Positions 53,852 to 64,000 of a stretch of DNA of 64,000 nt are shown piece by piece. Origin of the DNA: Tubulanus polymorphus (lineage: Eukaryota; Animalia; Nemertea); the NCBI RefSeq assembly GCF_964204645.1, contig NC_134036.1, positions 620,001 through 684,000 of the forward strand, written 5' to 3'. The position numbers and the translations under genes are program-made. Every line of letters starts with the position of its first letter. The first letter of the stretch is position 1. The notes below the pieces were generated by a model, which did no database searches, was not told the origin of the DNA, and saw nothing but the letters and a program-made list of their open reading frames with translations.

Positions 53852-56800
53852 ACTATTTAAGACCAAACAGTGAATTTAATTGAAGACAATACCTATTTAA
53901 GACCAAACAATGAGTTTAATTGAAGACAATACCTATTTAAGACCAAACAATGAGTTTAATTGAAGACAATACCTATTTAAGACCAAACAATGAGTTTAAT
54001 TGAAGACAATAGCTATTTAAGACCAAACAATGAGTTTAATTGAAGACAATACCTATTTAAAACCAAACAATAAGTTTAATTGAAGACAATACCTATTTAA
54101 GTTCAAAACAATGAATATAATTGAAGACAATAGCTATTTAAGACCAAACAATGAGTTTAATTGAAGACAATAGCTATTTAAGTTCAAAACAATGAATATA
54201 ATTGAAGACAATAGCTATTTAAGTTCAAAACAATGAATATAATTGAAGACAATACCTATTTAAGACCAAACAATGAGTTTAATTGAAGACAATACCTATT
54301 TAAGACCAAACAATGAGTTTAATTGAAGACAATAGCTATTTAATTTCAAAACAATGAATATAATTGAAGACAATACCTATTTAAGACCAAACAATGAGTT
54401 TAATTGAAGACAATAGCTATTTAATTTCAAAACAATGAATATAATTGAAGACAATAGCTATTTAAGACCAAACAATAAGTTTAATTGAAGACAATAGCTA
54501 TTTAAGACCAAACAATAAGTTTAATTGAAGACAATAGCTATTTAAGACCAAACAATAAGTTTAATTGAAGACAATAGCTATTTAAGTTCAAAACAATGAA
54601 TATAATTGAAGACAATACCTATTTAAGACCAAACAATGAGTTTAATTGAAGACAATAGCTATTTAATTTCAAAACAATGAATATAATTGAAGACAATACC
54701 TATTTAAGACCAAACAATGAGTTTAATTGAAGACAATAGCTATTTAATTTCAAAACAATGAATATAATTGAAGACAATACCTATTTAAGACCAAACAATG
54801 AGTTTAATTGAAGACAATAGCTATTTAAGACCAAACAATGAGTTTAATTGAAGACAATAGCTATTTAATTTCAAAACAATGAATATAATTGAAGACAATA
54901 CCTATTTAAGACCAAACAATGAGTTTAATTGAAGACAATACCTATTTAAGACCAAACAATGAGTTTAATTGAAGACAATAGCTATTTAAGACCAAACAAT
55001 GAGTTTAATTGCAGACAATAGCTATTTAATTTCAAAACAATGAATATAATTGAAGACAATACCTATTTAAGACCAAACAATGAGTTTAATTGAAGACAAT
55101 AGCTATTTAATTTCAAAACAATGAATATAATTGAAGACAATAGCTATTTAAGACCAAACAATAAGTTTAATTGAAGACAATAGTTATTTAAGTTCAAAAC
55201 AATGAATATAATTGAAGACAATACCTATTTAAGACCAAACAATGAGTTTAATTGAAGACAATAGCTATTTAATTTCAAAACAATGAATATAATTGAAGAC
55301 AATACCTATTTAAGACCAAACAATGAGTTTAATTGAAGACAATAGCTATTTAATTTCAAAACAATGAATATAATTGAAGACAATACCTATTTAAGACCAA
55401 ACAATGAGTTTAATTGAAGACAATACCTATTTAAGACCAAACAATGAGTTTAATTGAAGACAATACCTATTTAAGACCAAACAATGAGTTTAATTGAAGA
55501 CAATAGCTATTTAAGACCAAACAATGAGTTTAATTGAAGACAATAGCTATTTAATTTCAAAACAATGAATATAATTGAAGACAATACCTATTTAAGACCA
55601 AACAATGAGTTTAATTGAAGACAATAGCTATTTAATTTCAAAACAATGAATATAATTGAAGACAATAGCTATTTAAGACCAAACAATAAGTTTAATTGAA
55701 GACAATAGCTATTTAAGACCAAACAATAAGTTTAATTGAAGACAATAGCTATTTAAGTTCAAAACAATGAATATAATTGAAGACAATACCTATTTAAGAC
55801 CAAACAATGAGTTTAATTGAAGACAATAGCTATTTAATTTCAAAACAATGAATATAATTGAAGACAATACCTATTTAAGACCAAACAATGAGTTTAATTG
55901 AAGACAATAGCTATTTAATTTCAAAACAATGAATATAATTGAAGACAATACCTATTTAAGACCAAACAATGAGTTTAATTGAAGACAATAGCTATTTAAG
56001 ACCAAACAATGAGTTTAATTGAAGACAATAGCTATTTAATTTCAAAACAATGAATATAATTGAAGACAATACCTATTTAAGACCAAACAATGAGTTTAAT
56101 TGAAGACAATACCTATTTAAGACCAAACAATGAGTTTAATTGAAGACAATAGCTATTTAAGACCAAACAATGAGTTTAATTGAAGACAATAGCTATTTAA
56201 TTTCAAAACAATGAATATAATTGAAGACAATACCTATTTAAGACCAAACAATGAGTTTAATTGAAGACAATAGCTATTTAATTTCAAAACAATGAATATA
56301 ATTGAAGACAATAGCTATTTAAGACCAAACAATAAGTTTAATTGAAGACAATAGCTATTTAAGACCAAACAATAAGTTTAATTGAAGACAATAGCTATTT
56401 AAGTTCAAAACAATGAATATAATTGAAGACAATACCTATTTAAGACCAAACAATGAGTTTAATTGAAGACAATAGCTATTTAATTTCAAAACAATGAATA
56501 TAATTGAAGACAATACCTATTTAAGACCAAACAATGAGTTTAATTGAAGACAATAGCTATTTAATTTCAAAACAATGAATATAATTGAAGACAATACCTA
56601 TTTAAGACCAAACAATGAGTTTAATTGAAGACAATAGCTATTTTAGACCAAACAATGAGTTTAATTGAAGACAATACCTATTTAAGACCAAACAATGAGT
56701 TTAATTGAAGACAATAGCTATTTAAGTTCAAAACAATGAATATAATTGAAGACAATACCTATTTAAAACCAAACAATAAGTTTAATTGAAGACAATAGCT

Positions 56801-57131
56801 ATTTTAGACCAAACAATGAGTTTAATTGAAGACAATAGCTATTTAAGTTCAAAACAATGAGTTTAATTGAAGACAATAGTTATTTAAGACCAAAAAATAA
56901 GTTTAATTGAAGACAATACCTATTTAAGTTCAAAACAATAAGTTTAATTGAAGACAATAGCTATTTAAGTTCAAAACAATAAGTTTAATTGAAGACAATA
57001 GTTATTTAAGACCAAACAATGAGTTTAATTGAAGACAATAGCTATTTAAGACCAAACAATGAGTTTAATTGAAGACAATAGCTATTTAAGTTCAAAACAA
57101 TGAATATAATTGAAGACAATAGTTATTTAAG
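53852..57131. repeat. AT-rich 40/41-bp satellite, ~80 copies
   Basis: Unit ATTTAAGACCAAACAATGAGTTTAATTGAAGACAATA(C/G)CT with variant ATTTAA(G/T)TTCAAAACAATGAATATAATTG. Confidence 0.97.
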
Positions 57132-57201
57132 CTATTGGCTATAGAACTAAGTTCGTCTTAGACTGGTCTTAAGTCTAAGCCATGACTATGCAACCGGCCC
57201 C
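57131..57201 (-). mobile_element. Half copy of the 24835 MITE
   Basis: Reverse complement of 24835-24902, including the TIR ATGCAACCGGCCCC. Confidence 0.8.
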
Positions 57202-58404
57202 TAATGATGATATCTAATTTCATAGTGTTACTGCTCTAACTCTATTGCAACATTGTATATGTTTAAAAACAATTTCAAATAAAGTAAAACATACTTACAA
57301 GGTTCTCCTAGTCAGTTATACCGATCACTCGTACACCAAAGGGCGCTCTAGAAGAATGAACATCTCACACCATTCCACAGACATCATCCGACGATTTCCT
57401 GAATATAAAAATCATTAAAAAAAGTTAAAATTCGTTTCAGAATTCACCATCTCAAGTTTGGCCACAACCAGTTACAGGTTTGAGTCCACTGTCCGACGGT
57501 TAGCTACAACCAACATGTCGCTTTCAAAGATAGATGGCGCCAGCATGCCAAAACGGTTAGGTTCGGGTTCGGGTTCCAGTCCAGAATCCAAAGTTTAGCT
57601 ACAGCCAACATAATGTAGTTTTCAAATAATAGATGGCGCCACCGTGCCAAGTTCGACCACCGTTCACATACTAATTCACTCAAAAATTTAAACAAAAACT
57701 TACCGTTCATTTTCACCAGAGGGCGCTGTCACGAACGGACATCACGAGCCGCAGCCGATCCTCCGACACGATATCCTGCATATAGAAAACAAGTTACAAT
57801 AGAATTACCGAATTTCCGTTATAAATAATTCTGAAAACGTCATCGAAAGGTTATATCTTACCGGTTCATCGTGTGTTTATTGCCGAGATGCTGGAATGAG
57901 TTGCAGCAGCAGTAATCATGTTTCAGTAGCAGACACATAGAAACAGACATCTTCTCGACTCGAGTTCCAGCAGTCTAATGACCACGATGTATTACACACA
58001 TATACAGGTTGGTAGTATGAACTGGGTCACGGCACGCCTCGTCTCGCCTCGTCTCGCGTCACCAGTTCACCATACACTCATTTCTATACCTGCTTTGTCG
58101 AAAGGTCGGCTATGAAAAGAAACCGGTTCTTATTGTAAGCAGCGTCGGCACGGTTACCGAACAATAGCCCGGGGACCATTTGCGCATTCGCAGTAGTTCA
58201 GGGGCCATCTCATGATTTACGAGCAAACCGGGGACTGTTTCCTAATATTAATTTGACCAGGGGCCATCTCCTCAGTTCAGACATAGGTTTCATACTGGTT
58301 TTGATCTTCGGGACATGGCCCCCTCCGAAATCCTAATTTTCTATACATCAATTTTTCATAGGATTTCGAATGAATTTATAAATGAGCAACAATAGACACA
58401 GTTA

Positions 58405-58640
58405 CAGGGCTGCCAACTTCTTAAATCTGCTATCAGTAACTAGTTGAATATTTTCAGTGGCATTTCATTGAAACAATGGAAGAAAATGTTCACAAATTAA
58501 TCAGTAATCAACAGTTAAGATCCCAAGTATCATCTTTCATATTTCTGTGTACATCAAACAAATCATATCAGTATTTCTCGTTATAAACCAGCTACAACAG
58601 TAACAAAAACTGGATATCAGGAAGGCAGTTGGCAGCTCTG
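58405..58640. mobile_element. MITE
   Basis: TA|CAGGGCTGCCAACT ... AGTTGGCAGCTCTG|TA. Confidence 0.7.
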
Positions 58641-59232
58641 TAGCAGAACGTCAGAAGATAGGATGACTTTTCCCACTTCGCATGACGCACGCGAGATAAA
58701 CTAAATGATGAATGGAGGATGAATTTTCCTCAAACTTAAATTTTATTACAAGAATTTATATAATCTTTATTATAACCAATATATATATACGAAATATAAC
58801 AATCTTGTGTATCATGTACAGATCCCCAGTATTGGTCACTGATGGATTGCATCTAGCCTCAAGCCGCGGCCGTGTTCACGTCAACCAGTTTTATGGACAA
58901 TGCTATTCAATTCATACACTAATATATTTATCAAAGAACTAATTAGTTCATAAATACAACTGTGCAGTTATCCAAAATAGGTAAAAATAAATTGAAGATT
59001 CATAATTCTTAAGCACCAAAAATGTTATTGAATTGCTAGCGGTCCATAAAACCGAGTGAAGCCCGGTGACGTGAGGGATGATTATCTGTTAGCTGTCTCG
59101 TGATGCACTTTCAACTAAAATATCTCAATACTTTGTAACCATTTTAAATATAGTTGTAAATAACCGAATGATCGTTTTAAATGCTCCATTTCGGGCCAGC
59201 CTGTTACGGGTTGCCCTATTTCGGGCACAGAC

Positions 59233-59513
59233 CTGGGCCCGCTTTCATAGTCGAGACTTTAGCGGTCTTAAATTGTAAGACTGGTTTTATAGGTTGTTAG
59301 ATTCGTCAAGTTGGTCTTAGACTATGGAACCAACTTCAGGGCCAAGTTGCAGTCCTGACTTAAATCCAAAAGTGATCTTAAATCTTAAGACTGGTCTTGT
59401 TAAGTTGTAAGATTGGCTATAGAACCAAAATGAGTTTAGACTGGTCTGAAGTTGTTAGCTTGGCTATAGAATTACCATGGTCTAAGACTAGTGTTGAACT
59501 ATGGAACCGGGCC
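59233..59513 (-). mobile_element. Two adjacent 24835-family MITE copies
   Basis: GGCC..GTT termini with CWG flanks; internal AGACTGGTCTT and GATTGGCTATAGAAC. Confidence 0.65.
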
Positions 59514-59526
59514 CAGTGTTGATTAA

Positions 59527-59673
59527 CCGAGCTCTCTTAACGAGCTCACTCCGAGCCCTCTTAACGAGCTCACTCTGAGCTCTCTTAACGAGCTCACTCT
59601 GAGCTCTCTTAACGAGCTCACTCTGAGCTCTCTTAACGAGCTCACTCCGAGCTCTCTTAACGAGCTCACTCTG
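59527..59673. repeat. 24-bp tandem repeat, 6 copies
   Basis: Unit GAGCTCTCTTAACGAGCTCACTCT. Confidence 0.93.
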
Positions 59674-59839
59674 ACTAATTACTACCAATTAATACTTTAA
59701 TCACATACACGTAGTCAATCACTATACACAAATAATAATAATTACTTCTTTTTCATTAACGATCAATCAATTATAATATATTTATATATAGTGTAATATA
59801 TTAAGAAAATATAATTATCATATAAGTTTAATAATAATG

Positions 59840-59878
<39 letters not shown>

Positions 59879-62115
59879 TAGATTCATGACAATAAAATAG
59901 ATCGTTTTTTTCCCTCCGTTCTTCTTTTTACACGCTATATAATATATAAACCCATTCATTCCGGTATCCATGGATACTCAGGATCGCTGTAGCAACAATG
60001 AGAACCGACGACGACCATAGCATCGGTCGTTAATCGAGATAATAGTAGCAACAATGAGGAACTATGGTAACTAATAAAGACAATAGCAACAATGAAAGGG
60101 GGAGACGTAGTAATAATTTAACAGCTTAACAACAATTATTTTAAAGTAAATCTTCTTGTTTTATAAATAAGTTTTAATTCACAGTTCACGCATTTCAGTT
60201 GGTAATGTTCGACACTCATCAGGGATAATTAATTTATTACGTACACATAAAATTTGAATGTTTTAAACCCCCCTCCCCCTTTTACATAAAATCGGCCATT
60301 TGTTCATATACATTGAGCATTACTCTCCCCTTTCCCAAATGCGTACGTAATAAATGAATGACCCCCGAGTGTTTTTAAAATGGAACCAATTACTGTAGAT
60401 GGTGTAAAGATGACTTGTTTAGAGTTAATGACTCGATACCAGAATCTGACTCCAATTCACGCCAGGGGCCGATCCACGGGGCGTTCCGTTTATAACCCCC
60501 AAAATTTCAGGCGCTCGCTGTAGAGCCTGAGCACAATATTCTTTAAACAGCTACATTTCCATGTTAAAATCAGCCCAAACAATATACATGGTTTGTGCTG
60601 CTGGCATCCGGCTCAGACCTCAATCCCGGCGTGCCTGGAGTCTATAACAACTGTACCTTATTGTTTTTAAGTAACTATGATTAGTATAACAAATAATGTT
60701 TTGATTCTGTCTTCGCTGTTTCTATGATCACCAGCAGACGATATATATAAATACTTCCGATACTTTGAGCCACGTTTTTCTATCAGAGCTAAAATAAAAC
60801 GATACCTTGTCTCTCCTAATCGGCCGGGTCGCTTTTGTAAACTGGAATAAAATTTGTAATCAGTTCATTTCTATAACTGCCGCGTCTGTTATTGTTAGCC
60901 TGATCATGATTTTAAACTACATGGTAGATTGGGCCGCAGGCCGGGTCAACTTTTAAACTCAGCAGAAATGAGAGAAACAAGGTATCGATTCTTTTAGGCT
61001 TATTAATACTTTATACGTTTAAACTAAACTAATAACAATTTGACATCTTTAAACTCTACGTTCATTCGATCAATATTTCCTCTACATTCTACAGACATCT
61101 ACGGTCATTAAGTATATTATGCCTGCTAATCACTAGTCATTTGTTTAATAAGTCCCGCCTCCAACAGTTATTACATATATACCTACGAATAGTAATGAGC
61201 GTTTATGAAACGATTGATAATAAATTAAGCTTACATAAAGAACGTTTGCAATATATTTTACTGGTTTTTTTTAATTCAGGTTAAAGTTTCTCTATGAAAT
61301 ATATACATTTTACTCATAAATCTCTCACTTATTTTTTGCTTGATGATTTCACGATTATTTTTGCTTGCGACTTTTCATGCAAGGTATGCGCGCACATTAC
61401 TGACAGGCCTTTCACAAAAACTCAAGAATAAACAGAACCAAGTTTCGTGGACCCTGTAAAACTGAGCCCACTTCCCTATTTCTGAACCAGTTCCACAGTT
61501 CTGAACCTAGCTCTAGGTTTCTGAACCCAGTTTCACAGTTATGAACCTAGCTCTAGGTTTCTGAACCCAGTTCCACAGTTCTGAACCTAACTCCAGGTTT
61601 CTGAACCCAGTAATGAGATCACAGATTTGATTCTGATTTGAAATGAAACTACCTGTAATTAACCTGCAGCATCTAACATTACAGGCATTTGTGGAACTGG
61701 ATCCTGAACTAAGGAAGTGGATCGCGATTGAGATTTTGTTGTTTAGTTTATGGAGAAATGAATGATTTTGGGTGTGGTTTTTGTGAAACACAGAGGATGC
61801 GTTTCACTTTGATTATCACAATGATTAATATACAAGCAATCAGTCTATGTTCATTCTCTACCCTGCTATTTAATACATGATGATTCACAGCCATTATCTC
61901 AGCAAACTCGGCTTAATTTCACACATAACAGTTTCATCGTAACCACTTCAAACAGTTAGTACTTACTGATCATTTCATTGACAACTTATTCAAATGACAA
62001 CTTACACTAAAGTATGATGAATTAGAAATACAAATTTTGGACTCAAAAACAGATAAAACATTGATTTACCAGACGACAACCTCTGTAGGAGTCTAAACGT
62101 CTCTCAACAACCCAG

Positions 62116-62225
62116 GGGCCGGTTTTATAGACTGGTATTAACTTTAACCCTGGGGTTAATCCAGTTGAAAATGAATCGAGTTAGCCCGCTGGGTTAAACT
62201 TAATACTACTCCATAAAACTGGCTC
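62116..62225. mobile_element. Palindromic MITE, PIF/Harbinger-like
   Basis: CAG|GGGCCGGTTTTAT ... ATAAAACTGGCTC|CAG. Confidence 0.7.
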
Positions 62226-62473
62226 CAGAAATATAATTTTTTTTTCAATTTGTAAAATACTGAATCAGTGGCCGATATTTTTCAGGTTTCCACCTCCACA
62301 AATTAAGCAAAGTTTACCAGGTAAGATCTGTTGAAACAGGGTTATATAGGTTCGCAAGAGGAGGGGGGTGGGAATCTTTGAATGTACTGCATCTTACACA
62401 GTGTCGTACAACCTCACTTGCCAGTATCCGAACACGCGCTCACTCGCACTCACTCGCCCGTGTAAGTTTCTAT

Positions 62474-62663
62474 CTAACAGGAGCAGCCGTTGGATTTTTG
62501 TTCACCAGGTGGCGTCGCGGTGACTATCGAACCGCTGCGAACGCCCGGAAATTGACTCTTGTCGACGTAATGTTCCATTCGTAGCATTACACTGTCCAGT
62601 AAACATTCAACGGCTTTCTCTACGTTCTGACCGGTCGCGGCGCTCGTCTCAAAATACGCTAAT
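62474..62663 (-). CDS. RAB27: Rab27 last coding exon (ETSA, CXC)
   Basis: gacag|ATTAGCG..GCSC*. Confidence 0.95.
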
Positions 62664-63802
62664 CTGTCAATCAAATAAACAGAGGGAGGGGTCAAAATAC
62701 GCTAATCTGTCAATCAAACAAACAGAGGGAGGGGTCAAAGAACGTTACACAAAATATTTCAACATTTTATTTGACAATTTTTTTCTGAAAATGAGATTTA
62801 TATCATCATCAATTTTTAGCCAAGGTCCAGAGTTCTATAATTCTGGATCCAACTGTAGAACTGGATCCGGAACTGTGGAACTGAGTGCAGAACTGTGGAA
62901 CTGAGTGCAGAACTGTGGATCTGGATCCGGAACTGTGGAACAGGATCCTGAACTGTGGAACTGGATCCAGAACTGTGGAAGTGGATAGTGATTGGAAATC
63001 AGGATGTAATATTTACCCATATTTTTGCGCGAGGTCCTTCGCCTTTTCCTCGGTGACCTGTCGCGTGTCCTCGAGGTCGGCCTTGTTTCCGCACAACACG
63101 ATATCGGGATTCTCGCAATACGCGTGCGTCTGTAACTGTGACAACCAGTTACGAATGTTCAAAAACGATTTCTCCGACGTCAGATCGAACAATAAGAGGA
63201 AACCCATCGCGTCGCGGAAAAATGCCGTCGTCAAACTACGAAATCTGAAAATAGAGAAAAATAAACTAAATCACATTTTTGATTTTCCTCTGATTTTTAG
63301 CCTTTAAAAAAAAAAATAAATTCCCAGACTTTTCTGAAGTACATGTAATCACATTTTTGATTTTCCCCTTATTTTAAGCTTTTTCTGATAAGAAATTTCC
63401 CTGACTTAACCCCGTGTACCAGGTAAGTGGCCGCCTGCTCGTTACATACAGCAGTATTATTAATTAGTTCGGGGGGATTCGTCTTAACCAGGCTGCTGTC
63501 CGCTTGCTGTCAGTTTCTAGCGCTTACCGTTCTTGACCAGCCGTATCCCACAGTTGAAGATGTATCCGTTGACTACGACCTACATTTCCGTCTATTGTTG
63601 GCGCGCGGTGAACCTACGATTACAAAATCCAAACATATATTTACAAATATTCAACCGATACCGCCGACGCGACACCTGGTGGTCGTTATACGTACTAATC
63701 GTTTTTCGCGGAAGTCGATCCCGACTGTGGATATGAATTTAGAGTTGAACATGTTGTCCGTGTATTGATATAATAAACTAGTTTTACCAACTCCGGAATC
63801 AC
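62474..63802 (-). CDS. RAB27: Ras-related protein Rab-27, 5'-partial; complement(join(62474..62663,63017..63244,63528..63613,63696..63802))
   Basis: [29 protein letters not shown]; Rab27-type insert [44 protein letters not shown]; [18 protein letters not shown]; YFETSA; C-terminal CSC. First coding exon is outside the window. Confidence 0.96.
62825..62980. repeat. Tandem repeats of a MITE-TIR-like GAACTGTGGAACTGGATCC motif (similar array at 61480-61610)
   Basis: Same motif as the terminus of the 15443-15550 element. Confidence 0.8.
63017..63244 (-). CDS. RAB27: Rab27 exon ([19 protein letters not shown])
   Basis: tttcag|A..TGG|gtaaat; 228 nt. Confidence 0.96.
63528..63613 (-). CDS. RAB27: Rab27 exon (WDTAGQE)
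   Basis: tcgtag|GTT..ACG|gtaagc; 86 nt. Confidence 0.93.
63696..63802 (-). CDS. RAB27: Rab27 exon (P-loop, switch I)
   Basis: tttcag|GT..TTA|gtacgt. Confidence 0.95.
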
Positions 63803-64000
63803 CTGAAATATAATCAAATACTACAGTTATAGATAGACGCATGGATCCCTGTGAAATAGGTGAAACACATCGGTTTATAACATAATTCATAACAATATCC
63901 ATATTAAATCCTATGATTTACAGCCCAGTGCGATATTGAATTGATACCAAATCTTTAATGAATTTGCACTCAGGATATAACTAGAATTATGGAGTTAATG

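Larger units (their letters stand above)
53435..58000 (-). ncRNA. Putative spliced lncRNA; exons ~58000-57862, 57775-57704, 57398-57299, 53831-~53435
   Basis: Three GTAAG donors and three YAG acceptors in alternating order on the minus strand; exon 57775-57704 has stops in all frames; minus-strand AATAAA at 53458-53453. Confidence 0.55.

Noticed and set aside
57399-57703. Intronic snoRNA in the minus-strand lncRNA
   Set aside because: No properly placed C/D boxes or convincing H/ACA hairpins seen by eye.

Overview
Eukaryotic (animal) genomic DNA. GT-AG introns, abundant CpG and many CTCF-like motifs suggest an invertebrate bilaterian; the species cannot be identified from this window. Three protein-coding genes were assembled by hand from splice sites and reading frame. 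(1) ANP32-family LRR/acidic nuclear phosphoprotein (+, 8 coding exons, 1351-5226, 283 aa). (2) NAXE/APOA1BP NAD(P)HX epimerase (+): four shared exons at 43527-45648 are joined across a 27-35 kb intron to two alternative phase-2 N-terminal exons. The one at 8567/8678-8730 gives a mitochondrial-presequence form and a cytosolic form; the one at 15958-16067 gives a basic, charged N-terminus. (3) The 3' four coding exons of Rab27 (-, 63802-62474). Between NAXE and Rab27 lie two convergent, apparently non-coding spliced units built from duplicated exons (~50.7-58.0 kb). The rest is dense in minisatellites, microsatellites and MITEs, and most long ORFs in the track are repeat artefacts. Main observations: the three-N-terminus NAXE architecture; near-identical 72-bp arrays in inverted orientation near both ends of the giant NAXE intron (candidate RNA bridge); minisatellites whose units are arrays of TF-like motifs (CTCF, CSL, NF-Y, RFX); a putative lncRNA with tandem U1-like ACUUACC repeats; and a duplicated Rab27 splice acceptor that would remove the prenylation motif. 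All functional readings are inference from sequence only.
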